A stretch of 64,000 bases of DNA, taken from IMG/VR virus record IMGVR_UViG_2875703104_000004, one strand, 5' to 3'. The DNA is from a virus (Duplodnaviria > Heunggongvirae > Uroviricota > Caudoviricetes). Below the pieces are notes generated by a model. That model saw only the letters and a list, made by a program, of their open reading frames with translations, did not search any database and had not been told where the DNA came from. Shown here piece by piece: positions 1-10,015 of the stretch (within the stretch, counting starts at the first letter, position 1; every line of letters starts with the position of its first letter). The position numbers and the translations under genes were made by a program.

Positions 1-535
1 GGACAGGTGTTGCACAACTCCCGACCGACATGGCCATTGACATACCATACAATAGTGTTGCAGATGATAATATCTTGTTAATTTTCATGTTTTACATGCC
101 TTGACTTATCGGATGAAATTCTCTTACTGAATTTAACGGCAGTTTAATAGCCGTACAACTCGTGGTAGCCAGGGAAATATCCCAGTCGTGGTTAAGGTTG
201 TACTTGACGGCTATTATTTCAACAATGCTTAAAGTGAGAGCTTAAGGTTATGCGTATGTTTTACAGTCCGAGTAGATTCTGACCAATAGCTTCTTTGTAT
301 AATTCTGTCAGAAATAAATCTTGGCTTGCATGAAGTTTGAGACCTTATCTTGTTTGATTATGAATAATCAATTCGCCATAATTGTATCACCGGAGCCTGA
401 ACAACTCCGGTGACTTCTGCGCTAAACGGGGACGTTTATGCGCACACACAATCCAAACTCTCTTCTCCCTTCACAGATGCAGAAATGCACCTGCGTTTTT
501 TTGCATCCAGCGTCTGACCTCTGTGGAGGTGAAGC

Positions 536-991
536 GTGAACCTACCACAAGATGGCATCAAACTGCATCGCGGTAACTTCATCGCTATCGGCCAGCAGAT
601 CCAGCCTTATCTGGAGGACGGAAAATGCTTTCGCATGGTGCTTAAACCGTGGCGTGAGAAACGCAGTCTTTCCCAGAATGCACTCAGCCATATGTGGTAC
701 AGCGAAATCAGTGAATACCTCATCAGCAGGGGGAAATCGTTCGCTACCGCAGCATGGGTAAAAGATGCTCTCAAACACACATACCTCGGTTATGAAACCA
801 AGGACCTGGTTGATGTCGTAACCGGCGAAATCACTACTATCCAGTCGTTACGCCATACCTCCGATCTTGATACCGGAGAGATGTATGTCTTCCTGTGTAA
901 GGTTGAAGCCTGGGCGATGAATATTGGCTGCCACCTGACTATTCCGCAGAGCTGCGAGTTCCAGCTGCTGCGCGACAAGCAGGAGGCGTAA
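536..991 (+). CDS. ybcN: DLP12-type prophage protein YbcN
   Basis: 151-aa ORF with GTG start and GGAGG RBS; sequence recalled as near-identical to E. coli K-12 YbcN; first gene of the nin-region string. Confidence 0.8.
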   Translation: MNLPQDGIKLHRGNFIAIGQQIQPYLEDGKCFRMVLKPWREKRSLSQNALSHMWYSEISEYLISRGKSFATAAWVKDALKHTYLGYETKDLVDVVTGEITTIQSLRHTSDLDTGEMYVFLCKVEAWAMNIGCHLTIPQSCEFQLLRDKQEA

Positions 992-1161
992 TGGCTACAC
1001 CGCTTATTCGTGTCATGAACGGACACATCTACAAAGTACCAAATCGTCGTAAGTGTAAACCTGAGCTGAAGCCATCCGAAATACCAACACTGCTCGGGTA
1101 TACCGCCAGCCTGGTTGATAAAAAATGGTTGCGACTGGCAGCAAGGAGGAATCATGGCTGA
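991..1161 (+). CDS. ninE: NinE family prophage protein (56 aa)
   Basis: ATG overlaps ybcN stop (TAATG); translation [56 protein letters not shown]; below the 60-aa ORF-track cut-off. Confidence 0.75.
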   Translation: MATPLIRVMNGHIYKVPNRRKCKPELKPSEIPTLLGYTASLVDKKWLRLAARRNHG

Positions 1162-1444
1162 TTTAAGAAAAGCAGCGCGTGGTCGGGAATGCCAGGTAAG
1201 AATCCCTGGCGTATGTAATGGCAATCCTGAAACGTCAGTACTGGCACATATCCGGCTGGCTGGATTGTGCGGTACCGGTATCAAACCGCCAGACCTGATT
1301 GCCACCATTGCATGTTCTGCCTGCCACGACGAAATCGACCGTCGCACGCATTTTGTTGACGCTGGATATGCAAAAGAATGCGCGCTGGAAGGTATGGCGA
1401 GAACACAGGTTATCTGGTTGAAAGAGGGGGTTATTGAGGCGTGA
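1154..1444 (+). CDS. ybcO: YbcO, DUF1364 putative nuclease (96 aa from [14 protein letters not shown])
   Basis: Internal ATG at 1154 of ORF 1115-1444, overlaps ninE end; Cys-rich motif; lies directly upstream of rusA as in DLP12. Confidence 0.75.
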   Translation: MADLRKAARGRECQVRIPGVCNGNPETSVLAHIRLAGLCGTGIKPPDLIATIACSACHDEIDRRTHFVDAGYAKECALEGMARTQVIWLKEGVIEA

Positions 1445-1803
1445 ATACCTACAGCATCACATTACCCTGGCCTCCGAGCAATAATCGCTATTACCGCCAT
1501 AATCGTGGGCGCACGCACGTCAGCGCAGAGGGGCAGGCATACTGCGATAACGTCGCCCGAATCATTAAAAACGCAATGCTGGATATCGGCTTGGCTATGC
1601 CAGTGAAAATCAGCATTGAGTGCCACATGCCGGATCGCCGTCGCCGTGACCTTGATAATCTGCAAAAGGCCGCTTTTGACGCACTCACCAAAGCAGGTTT
1701 CTGGCTGGATGATGCTCAGGTCGTTGATTACCGCGTTGTGAAGATGCCCGTTACCAAAGGTGGGAAGCTGGAGCTGACTATCACTGAACTGGGAGATGAA
1801 TGA
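1441..1803 (+). CDS. rusA: Holliday junction resolvase RusA
   Basis: 120-aa [21 protein letters not shown]...; RusA family; start overlaps ybcO stop. Confidence 0.9.
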   Translation: MNTYSITLPWPPSNNRYYRHNRGRTHVSAEGQAYCDNVARIIKNAMLDIGLAMPVKISIECHMPDRRRRDLDNLQKAAFDALTKAGFWLDDAQVVDYRVVKMPVTKGGKLELTITELGDE

Positions 1804-1940
1804 TGTTTGAGTCTTATATGGCAGAGCGTCTTCGCCGCCGCTGGGTGCGCCTGCGCTTATATCGTTTTCCTGGTTCTGTTTTGACCGATTACCGAATACT
1901 GAAGAATTACGCCAAAACCCTGACAGGAGCAGGAGTATGA
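1800..1940 (+). CDS. ylcG: Small prophage protein YlcG (46 aa)
   Basis: ATGATG start overlapping rusA stop; [46 protein letters not shown]. Confidence 0.6.
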   Translation: MMFESYMAERLRRRWVRLRLYRFPGSVLTDYRILKNYAKTLTGAGV

Positions 1941-2010
1941 AGTCAGAGATAACAATCAACTAATACTGTTTTGTTGATTTTTGCTTGTAATTGGCGTTCT
2001 GGTCTGATTT

Positions 2011-2268
2011 TTGTGGAGTAAGTTGATGCGTGATATTCAGATGGTTCTTGAGCGTTGGGGAGCGTGGGCGGCTAATAATCATGAAGATGTGACCTGGTCG
2101 TCCGTTGCCGCCGGTTTTAAGGGATTAATTCCTTCAAAAGTAAAATCTCGCCCGCAATGTTGTGACGATGACGCGATGATCATTTGCGGGTGCATGGCCC
2201 GTCTGAAAAAGAACAACAGCGATTTACACGATTTATTAGTAGATTATTATGTAAGTGCTTGGCATTAA
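2011..2268 (+). pseudogene. quuD: Antitermination protein Q homologue (QuuD-like), apparently 3'-truncated
   Basis: 85-aa [29 protein letters not shown]...; last 5 codons are encoded by the reverse complement of the porin fragment, so the native 3' end is replaced; K-12 QuuD recalled as longer. Confidence 0.55.
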
Positions 2269-2386
2269 CTTTCCCGTATAGATCCAGCTTGTTACTGTCT
2301 TTATTATAAATTTCAGCTGCCTGAGCAGACATCGCCATCAGTACTGATGCAGCTACAGCAGAAATTGCCACTGTTAATTTTTTCAT
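2254..2386 (-). pseudogene. nmpC: Outer membrane porin (NmpC/Lc-type) N-terminal remnant: signal peptide plus ~23 mature residues
   Basis: Minus-strand [44 protein letters not shown] then porin homology stops at ~2254; ATG 2386 with RBS. Confidence 0.7.
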
Positions 2387-2812
2387 TGTACGCCCTTTTT
2401 TTGAACTTTTATTAAAAAATGATGTCACTGCACTACAAATATTCATCTAATCAATGAGATTATTTCAAGATGTAAGTTTTAGTTTCTCATTTAATTTGTG
2501 AAGTAGATCTCTATTTTTATCTGAACCTTTTCTATCTAATCCTATTCATGGCTCTTGTCTGAACAAAAATAAATCTATTAGCTAATTTATATTAATGGCA
2601 CTTATTTATAAGTGCTCTATAATTCTTTAGCTTAATTTAAACAAACTAAAAATAACATCGGAAATTATTAACTGGTTATTTGTTGAAGTTTTCTTATGCA
2701 TTTGTGGTGGTGTTTTGAACACTCGGTGGCATTCTCACAAATATCATTTAGTAGTTTACGTACGTAAAAAATTGGTTATGCTGTTAAGAGTGGTTACTTC
2801 GTCACACAGCTT

Positions 2813-2846
2813 AAACCCGCCGTCGAGCGGGTTTTTCCATTTTTTG
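2813..2846 (+). terminator. Intrinsic terminator, candidate tR' of the late operon
   Basis: Hairpin AAACCCGC-cgtcga-GCGGGTTT followed by TTCCATTTTTTG, between Q and the holin. Confidence 0.5.
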
Positions 2847-2974
2847 AGTCTCGATATTAGCTGATAACCCAATACCTGAGTTATTCACTGACTCCGAATC
2901 TGTTACGTTTCTGCCTTTATTGCGATACGTAGTATCCCCTTAATTTACACCCGCTTTGTCTGCGAGGTGGGGTT

Positions 2975-3190
2975 ATGAAATCCATGGATAAGTTAACAAC
3001 GGGTGTCGCCTATGGTACCTCAGCAGGTAGTGCCGGGTACTGGTTTTTACAGTTGCTCGATAAAGTCACGCCCTCACAGTGGGCGGCAATAGGTGTGCTG
3101 GGTAGCCTGGTATTTGGCCTGCTGACGTACCTGACAAACCTTTATTTCAAGATTAAAGAAGATAAGCGCAAGGCTGCGAGAGGTGAATAA
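2975..3190 (+). CDS. essD: Phage 21-type pinholin (S21-like, 71 aa)
   Basis: [71 protein letters not shown]; two TMDs; directly precedes the endolysin. Confidence 0.9.
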
Positions 3191-3687
3191 TGCCTCCATC
3201 ATTACGAAAAGCCGTTGCTGCTGCTATTGGTGGCGGAGCAATTGCTATAGCATCAGTGTTAATCACTGGCCCAAGTGGTAACGATGGTCTGGAAGGTGTC
3301 AGCTACATACCATACAAAGATATTGTTGGTGTATGGACTGTATGTCACGGGCATACAGGAAAAGACATCATGCTCGGTAAAACGTATACCAAAGCAGAAT
3401 GCAAAGCCCTCCTGAATAAAGACCTTGCCACGGTCGCCAGACAAATTAACCCGTACATCAAAGTCGATATACCGGAAACAATGCGCGGCGCTCTTTACTC
3501 ATTCGTTTACAACGTGGGTGCTGGCAATTTCAGAACATCGACGCTTCTTCGCAAAATAAACCAGGGCGATATCAAAGGCGCATGTGATCAGCTACGTCGC
3601 TGGACATATGCTGGCGGTAAGCAATGGAAAGGTCTCATGACTCGTCGTGAGATTGAGCGTGAAATCTGTTTGTGGGGTCAGCAATGA
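3190..3687 (+). CDS. rrrD: SAR endolysin (R21-like lysozyme, 165 aa)
   Basis: Gly/Ala-rich N-terminal signal-anchor-release domain, lysozyme body; ATG overlaps holin stop. Confidence 0.9.
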   Translation: MPPSLRKAVAAAIGGGAIAIASVLITGPSGNDGLEGVSYIPYKDIVGVWTVCHGHTGKDIMLGKTYTKAECKALLNKDLATVARQINPYIKVDIPETMRGALYSFVYNVGAGNFRTSTLLRKINQGDIKGACDQLRRWTYAGGKQWKGLMTRREIEREICLWGQQ

Positions 3688-4145
3688 ACAGAGTAACCGC
3701 GATTATCTCCGCTCTGGTTATCTGCATCATCGTCTGCCTGTCATGGGCTGTTAATCATTACCGTGATAACGCCATTACCTACAAAGCCCAGCGCGACAAA
3801 AATGCCAGAGAACTGACGCTGGCGAACGCGGCAATTACTGACATACAGATGCGTCAGCGTGATGTTGCTGCGCTCGATGCAAAATACACGAAGGAGTTAG
3901 CTGATGCGAAAGCTGAAAATGATGCTCTGCGTGATGATGTTGCCGCTGGTCGTCGTCGGTTGCACATCAAAGCAGTCTGTCAGTCAGTGCGTGAAGCCAC
4001 CACCGCCTCCGGCGTGGATAATGCAGCCTCCCCCCGACTGGCAGACACCGCTGAACGGGATTATTTCACCCTCAGAGAGAGGCTGATCACTATGCAAAAA
4101 CAACTGGAAGGAACCCAGAAGTATATTAATGAGCAGTGCAGATAG
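3684..4145 (+). CDS. rzpD: i-spanin Rz
   Basis: [40 protein letters not shown]...; N-terminal TMD plus coiled coil; ATGA overlap with endolysin stop. Confidence 0.85.
   Translation: MNRVTAIISALVICIIVCLSWAVNHYRDNAITYKAQRDKNARELTLANAAITDIQMRQRDVAALDAKYTKELADAKAENDALRDDVAAGRRRLHIKAVCQSVREATTASGVDNAASPRLADTAERDYFTLRERLITMQKQLEGTQKYINEQCR
3904..4086 (+). CDS. rzoD: o-spanin Rz1 lipoprotein, embedded in +1 frame of Rz
   Basis: 60-aa ORF inside rzpD; lipobox LVVVGC; Pro-rich mature part. Confidence 0.85.
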   Translation: MRKLKMMLCVMMLPLVVVGCTSKQSVSQCVKPPPPPAWIMQPPPDWQTPLNGIISPSERG

Positions 4146-4176
4146 AGCTGCCCATATCGATGGGCAACTCATGCAA

Positions 4177-4470
4177 TTATTGTGAGCAATACACACGCGC
4201 TTCCAGCGGAGTATAAATGCCTAAAGTAATAAAACCGAGCAATCCATTTACGAATGTTTGCTGGGTTTCTGTTTTAACAACATTTTCTGCACCACCACAA
4301 ATTTTTGCTGCATCGACAGTTTTCTTCTGCCCAATTCCCGAAACGAAGAAATGATGGGTGATGGTTTCCTTTGGTGTTACTGCTGTAGGTTTGTTTCCAA
4401 CAGTAAACGTCTGTTGAGCACATCCTGTAATAAGCATTGCCAGAGCGGCAGAAAACAACATTTTTTTCAT
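4177..4470 (-). CDS. borD: Bor lipoprotein (serum-resistance moron)
   Basis: MKKMLFSAALAMLITGCAQQTFTVGNKPTAVTPKETITHHFFVSGIGQKKTVDAAKICGG...; lipobox LITGC; lambda Bor position between Rz and cos. Confidence 0.9.
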   Translation of the reverse strand: MKKMLFSAALAMLITGCAQQTFTVGNKPTAVTPKETITHHFFVSGIGQKKTVDAAKICGGAENVVKTETQQTFVNGLLGFITLGIYTPLEARVYCSQ

Positions 4471-4639
4471 CTTATTATCCTGCATTGTTAAAAACGGCAG
4501 AATCCTATGTGACAACAATTAAACGATAGTTAAATGGATTGATGAAAATTAAAACTACACAGGTGGGCTCAGACTATTGGAGGAAGTTGGGGACACTCAG
4601 AATCCTGTGGAATGAAATAAACCGGTCTATCCGTCCATT

Positions 4640-4810
4640 ACCCTTTTAGCTGCGCTGTATCGTCGCCGTATTCCCGCATTAACCATGACCGTAGCCCGAC
4701 GGGGAATTCCTTCTGCGTGAGTGTGCGGGAATAATTAAAAACGATGCACACCGGGTTTTTACCGCGTTAATGATTCGCGGGTTTATCCCGGTGCGATGGT
4801 GGAAGAAACA
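4640..4810. repeat. Conserved non-coding segment shared with 44800-44990 and partly with 25435-25510
   Basis: ~85% identical blocks incl. CGTATTCC(C/T)GCATTAAC and GGTGCGATGGTGGAAGAAAC; flanking genes differ after the shared block. Confidence 0.5.
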
Positions 4811-5360
4811 GGAAGCTGTATTACAGAAAGTGCTACTACTGTATCCCGATGCGATGTATGTAATGTGAGTCAGATAATGGCACAGGATGTGGTGATGTGG
4901 CAGTCTGGAACACAGGATATATTGTCAGAATAAGACCCGTAGGAATAAAAATGAAAAGACGCCTTTTACTACTTTTTCTGTTATCTGTCCTGGCAGTGGG
5001 ATGCTCGCAGCAAAAAGCTGATGAGCCCCGGCAATTAGTGACGGTGTATCCACGATATCCGGAATATGCTGCAGCAAATTATATCAAGGGGCTGGTTGAG
5101 GTTAAGTTCGATATTGGTGCTGATGGGACTGTGACACGGATCGTTTTTCTCCGCTCAGAGCCTCATAATTTGTTTCGTGATGAAGTGGTGAAGGCCATGG
5201 CGAAATGGCGATTTGAAAAGAATCGCCCCTGTCAGGGAGTGAAGAGACAATTTATCTTTACGCCGTCACGTCCTTGATGCTTCCAGGTAGAGAGGGGCTG
5301 GAAGCAGGAGAAAAATGAAAGAGCCAGCGGTTATATTTTTGTCATGGCTGACGAGGAATG
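4733..5360. repeat. ~630-bp block duplicated at 25435-26060 (stf 3' end + lipoprotein gene)
   Basis: Near-identical apart from a T4/T5 homopolymer difference (one N in each copy); copy here ends at the N at 5361. Confidence 0.7.
4951..5277 (+). CDS. Prophage lipoprotein with TonB C-terminal-like domain (109 aa)
   Basis: ATG 4951 with RBS; signal peptide + lipobox LAVGC; motif YPRYPEYAAANYIKGLVEVKFDIGADGTVTRIVFLRSEPHNLFRDEVVKAMAKWRF resembles TonB_C. Confidence 0.6.
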   Translation: MKRRLLLLFLLSVLAVGCSQQKADEPRQLVTVYPRYPEYAAANYIKGLVEVKFDIGADGTVTRIVFLRSEPHNLFRDEVVKAMAKWRFEKNRPCQGVKRQFIFTPSRP

Positions 5361-5483
5361 NGGTAAACGACGCACTTGTGCCGGCACATAATAGCAAGCA
5401 CCATAATAGATCAGATTCGATTCTTGCTGTAAGTGATAATTATTCTCGTTTTCGGGTCCTTTCCGTCGATCCAACAGGTTACG

Positions 5484-5495
5484 GGGCGGCGACCT
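5484..5495 (+). other. Lambda-type cosN cohesive-end sequence GGGCGGCGACCT (cos region ~5440-5600)
   Basis: CAGGTTACG/GGGCGGCGACCT/CGCGG...TTTATGAAAATTTTT matches lambda cos junction, ~180 bp upstream of Nu1. Confidence 0.75.
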
Positions 5496-5671
5496 CGCGG
5501 TTTTTCACTATTTATGAAAATTTTTCAGGGAAAATCGTGTCGGTACTTCTCGAATATAACTTTTTGTTTTTTTTAATATTGCATCCGTAAAGGTCCGACA
5601 TGAAAGTGTCCGAAAATGCCTTTTTCTGGCGTTTTCATGTCGGGCCTTGTATTTGATAATGGGTTGTTTTC

Positions 5672-6220
5672 ATGAAGGTTAATAAAAAGAGGCTTGCCGA
5701 AATTTTCAACGTGGACCCGCGGACGATTGAACGCTGGCAGTCTCAGGGACTCCCTTGCGCCTCCAAAGGTAGTAAGGGCATTGAATCTGTATTTGATACT
5801 GCCATGGCAATTCAGTGGTATGCGCAGAGGGAAACTGATATCGAAAACGAAAAGCTCCGCAAAGAACTGGACGATTTGCGTGCGGCAGCGGAGTCAGATT
5901 TACAACCCGGCACCATTGACTATGAACGCTACCGGCTCACAAAAGCGCAGGCAGATGCGCAGGAACTGAAAAATGCCCGTGAAGACGGAGTAGTGCTGGA
6001 AACTGAACTGTTTACCTTCATTCTGCAACGTGTGGCACAGGAGATTTCGGGGATACTTGTGCGTGTGCCGTTGACATTACAGCGTAAATATCCGGACATT
6101 TCACCATCACACCTTGATGTGGTGAAAACTGAAATCGCGAAAGCCTCCAATGTTGCAGCTAAGGCCGGTGAAAACGTGGGCGGGTGGATCGATGATTTCA
6201 GACGCGCAGAAGGCAGCTAA
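5672..6220 (+). CDS. nu1: Terminase small subunit Nu1
   Basis: [28 protein letters not shown]...; lambda Nu1-like HTH N-terminus. Confidence 0.9.
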
Positions 6221-8120
6221 TGCAGCCGGTGCGATAGCTACAGGGCTTTTATCTCTCATTATTCCTGTTCCACTGACGACAGTTCAGTGGGCCAATAAAC
6301 ATTATTACCTTCCTAAAGAGTCGTCTTATACCCCGGGGCGATGGGAAACACTGCCGTTTCAGGTTGGCATCATGAACTGTATGGGCAACGATCTGATTCG
6401 CACGGTTAACCTGATTAAATCTGCCCGTGTTGGTTATACAAAGATGTTGCTGGGAGTGGAGGCTTATTTTATTGAGCATAAATCACGCAACAGCCTTCTT
6501 TTTCAGCCCACGGACTCAGCTGCTGAAGATTTTATGAAATCTCATGTTGAGCCAACGATAAGGGATGTTCCTGCATTGCTGGAGCTGGCTCCATGGTTCG
6601 GAAGAAAACACCGCGATAATACGCTCACCCTGAAGCGTTTTTCCTCCGGTGTGGGGTTCTGGTGTCTGGGTGGTGCGGCAGCAAAAAACTACCGTGAAAA
6701 ATCCGTGGATGTGGTCTGTTATGACGAGCTTTCCTCGTTCGAACCGGATGTTGAAAAAGAGGGTTCGCCAACCCTGCTGGGGGATAAACGTATTGAGGGC
6801 TCTGTATGGCCAAAATCCATTCGCGGCTCGACGCCTAAAATCAAAGGCTCCTGCCAGATCGAAAAAGCCGCTAACGAGTCGGCACACTTCATGCGTTTTT
6901 ATGTGCCCTGTCCGCACTGTGGGGAGGAGCAGTATCTGAAATTTGGCGATGATGCCTCGCCTTTCGGTCTTAAGTGGGAGAAGAATAAGCCAGAAAGTGT
7001 TTTCTACCTTTGTGAGCATCATGGCTGTGTGATCCATCAGTCTGAGCTTGACCAGAGTAACGGGCGGTGGATCTGTGAAAACACGGGCATGTGGACCCGT
7101 GACGGCCTGATGTTTTTCAGCGCCCGGGGTGATGAAATTCCGCCGCCGCGCTCCATCACTTTCCATATCTGGACGGCGTACAGTCCGTTCACCACCTGGG
7201 TACAGATTGTCTATGACTGGCTGGATGCACTGAAAGATCCCAACGGCCTGAAAACCTTTGTGAACACCACGCTGGGCGAGACCTGGGAAGAGGCTGTGGG
7301 CGAAAAACTCGATCACCAGGTGCTGATGGATAAGGTTGTGCGTTACACGGCGGCGGTGCCTGCCCGGGTGGTTTATCTGACGGCGGGCATTGACTCGCAG
7401 CGAAACCGTTTTGAGATGTATGTCTGGGGATGGGCTCCGGGAGAGGAAGCCTTTCTGGTGGATAAAATCATCATTATGGGGCGTCCCGATGAGGAAGAGA
7501 CGCTGTTACGTGTGGATGCGGCGATCAACAAAAAATACCGCCATGCAGACGGAACCGAAATGACCATTTCCCGTGTCTGCTGGGACATCGGGGGGATCGA
7601 TGGCGAAATCGTTTATCAGAGGTCAAAAAAACACGGTGTTTTCCGGGTGCTGCCGGTAAAAGGCGCGTCTGTCTATGGCAAGCCGGTGATCACCATGCCG
7701 AAAACCCGCAATCAGCGGGGCGTTTATCTGTGTGAAGTGGGGACGGACACCGCAAAAGAAATTCTCTATGCCCGTATGAAAGCCGAGCCCACGCCTGCGG
7801 ATGAAGCCACGTCGTATGCCATCCGTTTTCCTGATGATCCGGAGATTTTTTCGCAGACAGAGGCGCAGCAACTGGTCGCGGAAGAGCTTGTGGAGAAGTG
7901 GGAAAAAGGAAAGATGCGTCTGCTGTGGGATAACAAAAAGCGGCGTAACGAAGCGCTGGACTGCCTGGTGTATGCCTACGCGGCATTACGTGTGTCCGTG
8001 CAACGCTGGCAGCTTGATCTGGCTGTACTGGCAAAATCCCGGGAAGAAGAGACGACCCGGCCAACCCTTAAAGAACTGGCAGCGAAGCTGTCCGGAGGAG
8101 TGAATGGTTACAGTCGCTGA
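6192..8120 (+). CDS. A: Terminase large subunit A
   Basis: Collinear with lambda gpA ([24 protein letters not shown]...[14 protein letters not shown]); ATG 6192 chosen inside ORF 6150-8120, overlapping Nu1 end. Confidence 0.9.
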
Positions 8121-8310
8121 ACTGCAGGCGCTGCGTCAGGCGCGCCTTGATTTATTAACCGGTAAACGGGTGGTGTCTGTCCAGAAAGATGGTCGCAGAA
8201 TTGAATATACGGCGGCTTCTCTGGATGAGCTTAACCGGGCGATCAATGATGCGGAGTCGGTACTGGGGACAACCCGGTGTCGCCGTCGTCCGCTGGGAGT
8301 GAGGTTATGA
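8104..8310 (+). CDS. W: Head-tail joining protein W
   Basis: 68 aa; lambda gpW-like (LTGKRVVSVQKDGRRIEYTAASLDEL). Confidence 0.85.
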   Translation: MVTVAELQALRQARLDLLTGKRVVSVQKDGRRIEYTAASLDELNRAINDAESVLGTTRCRRRPLGVRL

Positions 8311-10015
8311 AACGAACGCCTGTCCTGATTGATGTGAACGGCGTTCCGCTTCGTGAGAGTCTCAGCTACAACGGGGGCGGTGCAGGATTTGGCGGGCAAA
8401 TGGCTGAGTGGTTGCCACCGGCGCAGAGTGCCGATGCGGCCCTGCTGCCCGCGTTGCGTCTGGGGAATGCCCGGGCAGATGATCTGGTGCGCAATAACGG
8501 AATAGCGGCTAATGCGGTGGCTCTGCATAAGGATCACATTGTCGGGCATATGTTTCTGATCAGCTACCGTCCGAACTGGCGCTGGCTGGGGATGCGGGAG
8601 ACCGCAGCAAAAAGCTTTGTCGATGAGGTGGAGGCGGCCTGGTCGGAATACGCCGAAGGGATGTTTGGCGAGATCGACGTGGAAGGAAAACGCACGTTCA
8701 CGGAATTTATCCGTGAAGGTGTGGGCGTTCATGCGTTTAACGGCGAAATCTTTGTGCAGCCGGTCTGGGATACGGAAACCACGCAGTTATTCCGTACGCG
8801 TTTTAAAGCCGTGAGTCCGAAACGGGTGGACACGCCTGGACACGGTATGGGGAACCGTTTTCTGCGGGCCGGTGTGGAGGTCGATCGATATGGCCGTGCC
8901 GTCGCGTACCATATCTGTGAGGATGATTTTCCGTTCTCTGGTAGTGGACGATGGGAACGGATCCCGCGTGAACTTCCCACCGGGCGTCCGGCCATGCTGC
9001 ATATTTTCGAGCCGGTGGAGGACGGGCAGACCCGTGGGGCTAATCAGTTTTACAGCGTCATGGAACGGCTGAAGATGCTCGATTCCCTGCAGGCAACACA
9101 GCTTCAGTCGGCCATAGTGAAGGCGATGTATGCAGCGACGATTGAAAGTGAACTTGATACCGAAAAGGCCTTTGAATATATCGCCGGCGCGCCACAGGAG
9201 CAGAAGGATAATCCGCTTATTAATATTCTGGAGAAGTTCTCCAGCTGGTATGACACGAATAACGTGACACTGGGCGGTGTCAAAATTCCGCACCTTTTCC
9301 CTGGTGATGATCTGAAACTACAGACTGCGCAGGATTCAGACAATGGATTTTCTGCGCTTGAACAGGCGCTGCTGCGGTATATCGCCGCCGGTCTTGGCGT
9401 TTCCTACGAACAGTTGTCCCGTGATTACTCGAAGGTCAGTTACTCAAGTGCCCGCGCCTCCGCCAATGAGTCGTGGAACAGGCGCTGCTGCGGTATATCG
9501 CCGCCGGTCTTGGCGTTTCCTACGAACAGTTGTCCCGTGATTACTCGAAGGTCAGTTACTCAAGTGCCCGCGCCTCCGCCAATGAGTCGTGGCGCTATTT
9601 TATGGGGCGGCGAAAATTTATTGCGGCCCGGCTGGCCACGCAGATGTTTTCCTGCTGGCTGGAAGAGGCACTTCTTCGGGGGATTATTCGTCCGCCACGG
9701 GCACGTTTTGATTTTTATCAGGCGCGATCAGCCTGGTCACGGGCAGAGTGGATTGGTGCCGGAAGAATGGCCATTGACGGGCTCAAGGAAGTCCAGGAAT
9801 CAGTGATGCGCATTGAGGCCGGACTGAGCACGTATGAGAAAGAGCTGGCGCTGATGGGCGAGGATTATCAGGACATTTTCCGCCAGCAGGTCAGGGAATC
9901 TGCTGAGCGGCAAAAAGCCGGACTCTCACGTCCGGTGTGGATAGAGCAGGCGTATCAGCAGCAGATAGCGGAGAGTCGTAGGCCGGAAGAGGAGACAACA
10001 CCACGTGAGACGTAA
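8307..10015 (+). pseudogene. B: Portal protein B, frame broken by a 116-bp tandem duplication
   Basis: Lambda gpB homology through 8307-9476, resumes in another frame after 9592; possibly an assembly artefact. Confidence 0.8.
9361..9592 (+). repeat. Perfect 116-bp tandem duplication inside portal gene
   Basis: AACAGGCGCTGCTGCGGTATATCGCC...CCAATGAGTCGTGG occurs twice head-to-tail (9361-9476, 9477-9592). Confidence 0.9.

Noticed and set aside
382-576. 64-aa ORF overlapping the ybcN start
   Set aside because: Overlaps the ybcN RBS and start, no RBS of its own, low-complexity composition.
4600-4900. tRNA gene or att core in the bor-cos conserved block
   Set aside because: No cloverleaf-compatible arrangement or T-loop motif found by eye; no integrase nearby.
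5315-5590. 91-aa ORF after the lipoprotein gene running across the N into cos
   Set aside because: Crosses an N and a T4/T5 homopolymer difference between the two copies; the alternative copy gives only 11 aa.
6516-7316. 266-aa minus-strand ORF inside terminase A, and similar antisense ORFs inside B, C, H, J and other structural genes
   Set aside because: They lie wholly within well-supported plus-strand genes in GC-rich sequence; typical spurious antisense frames.
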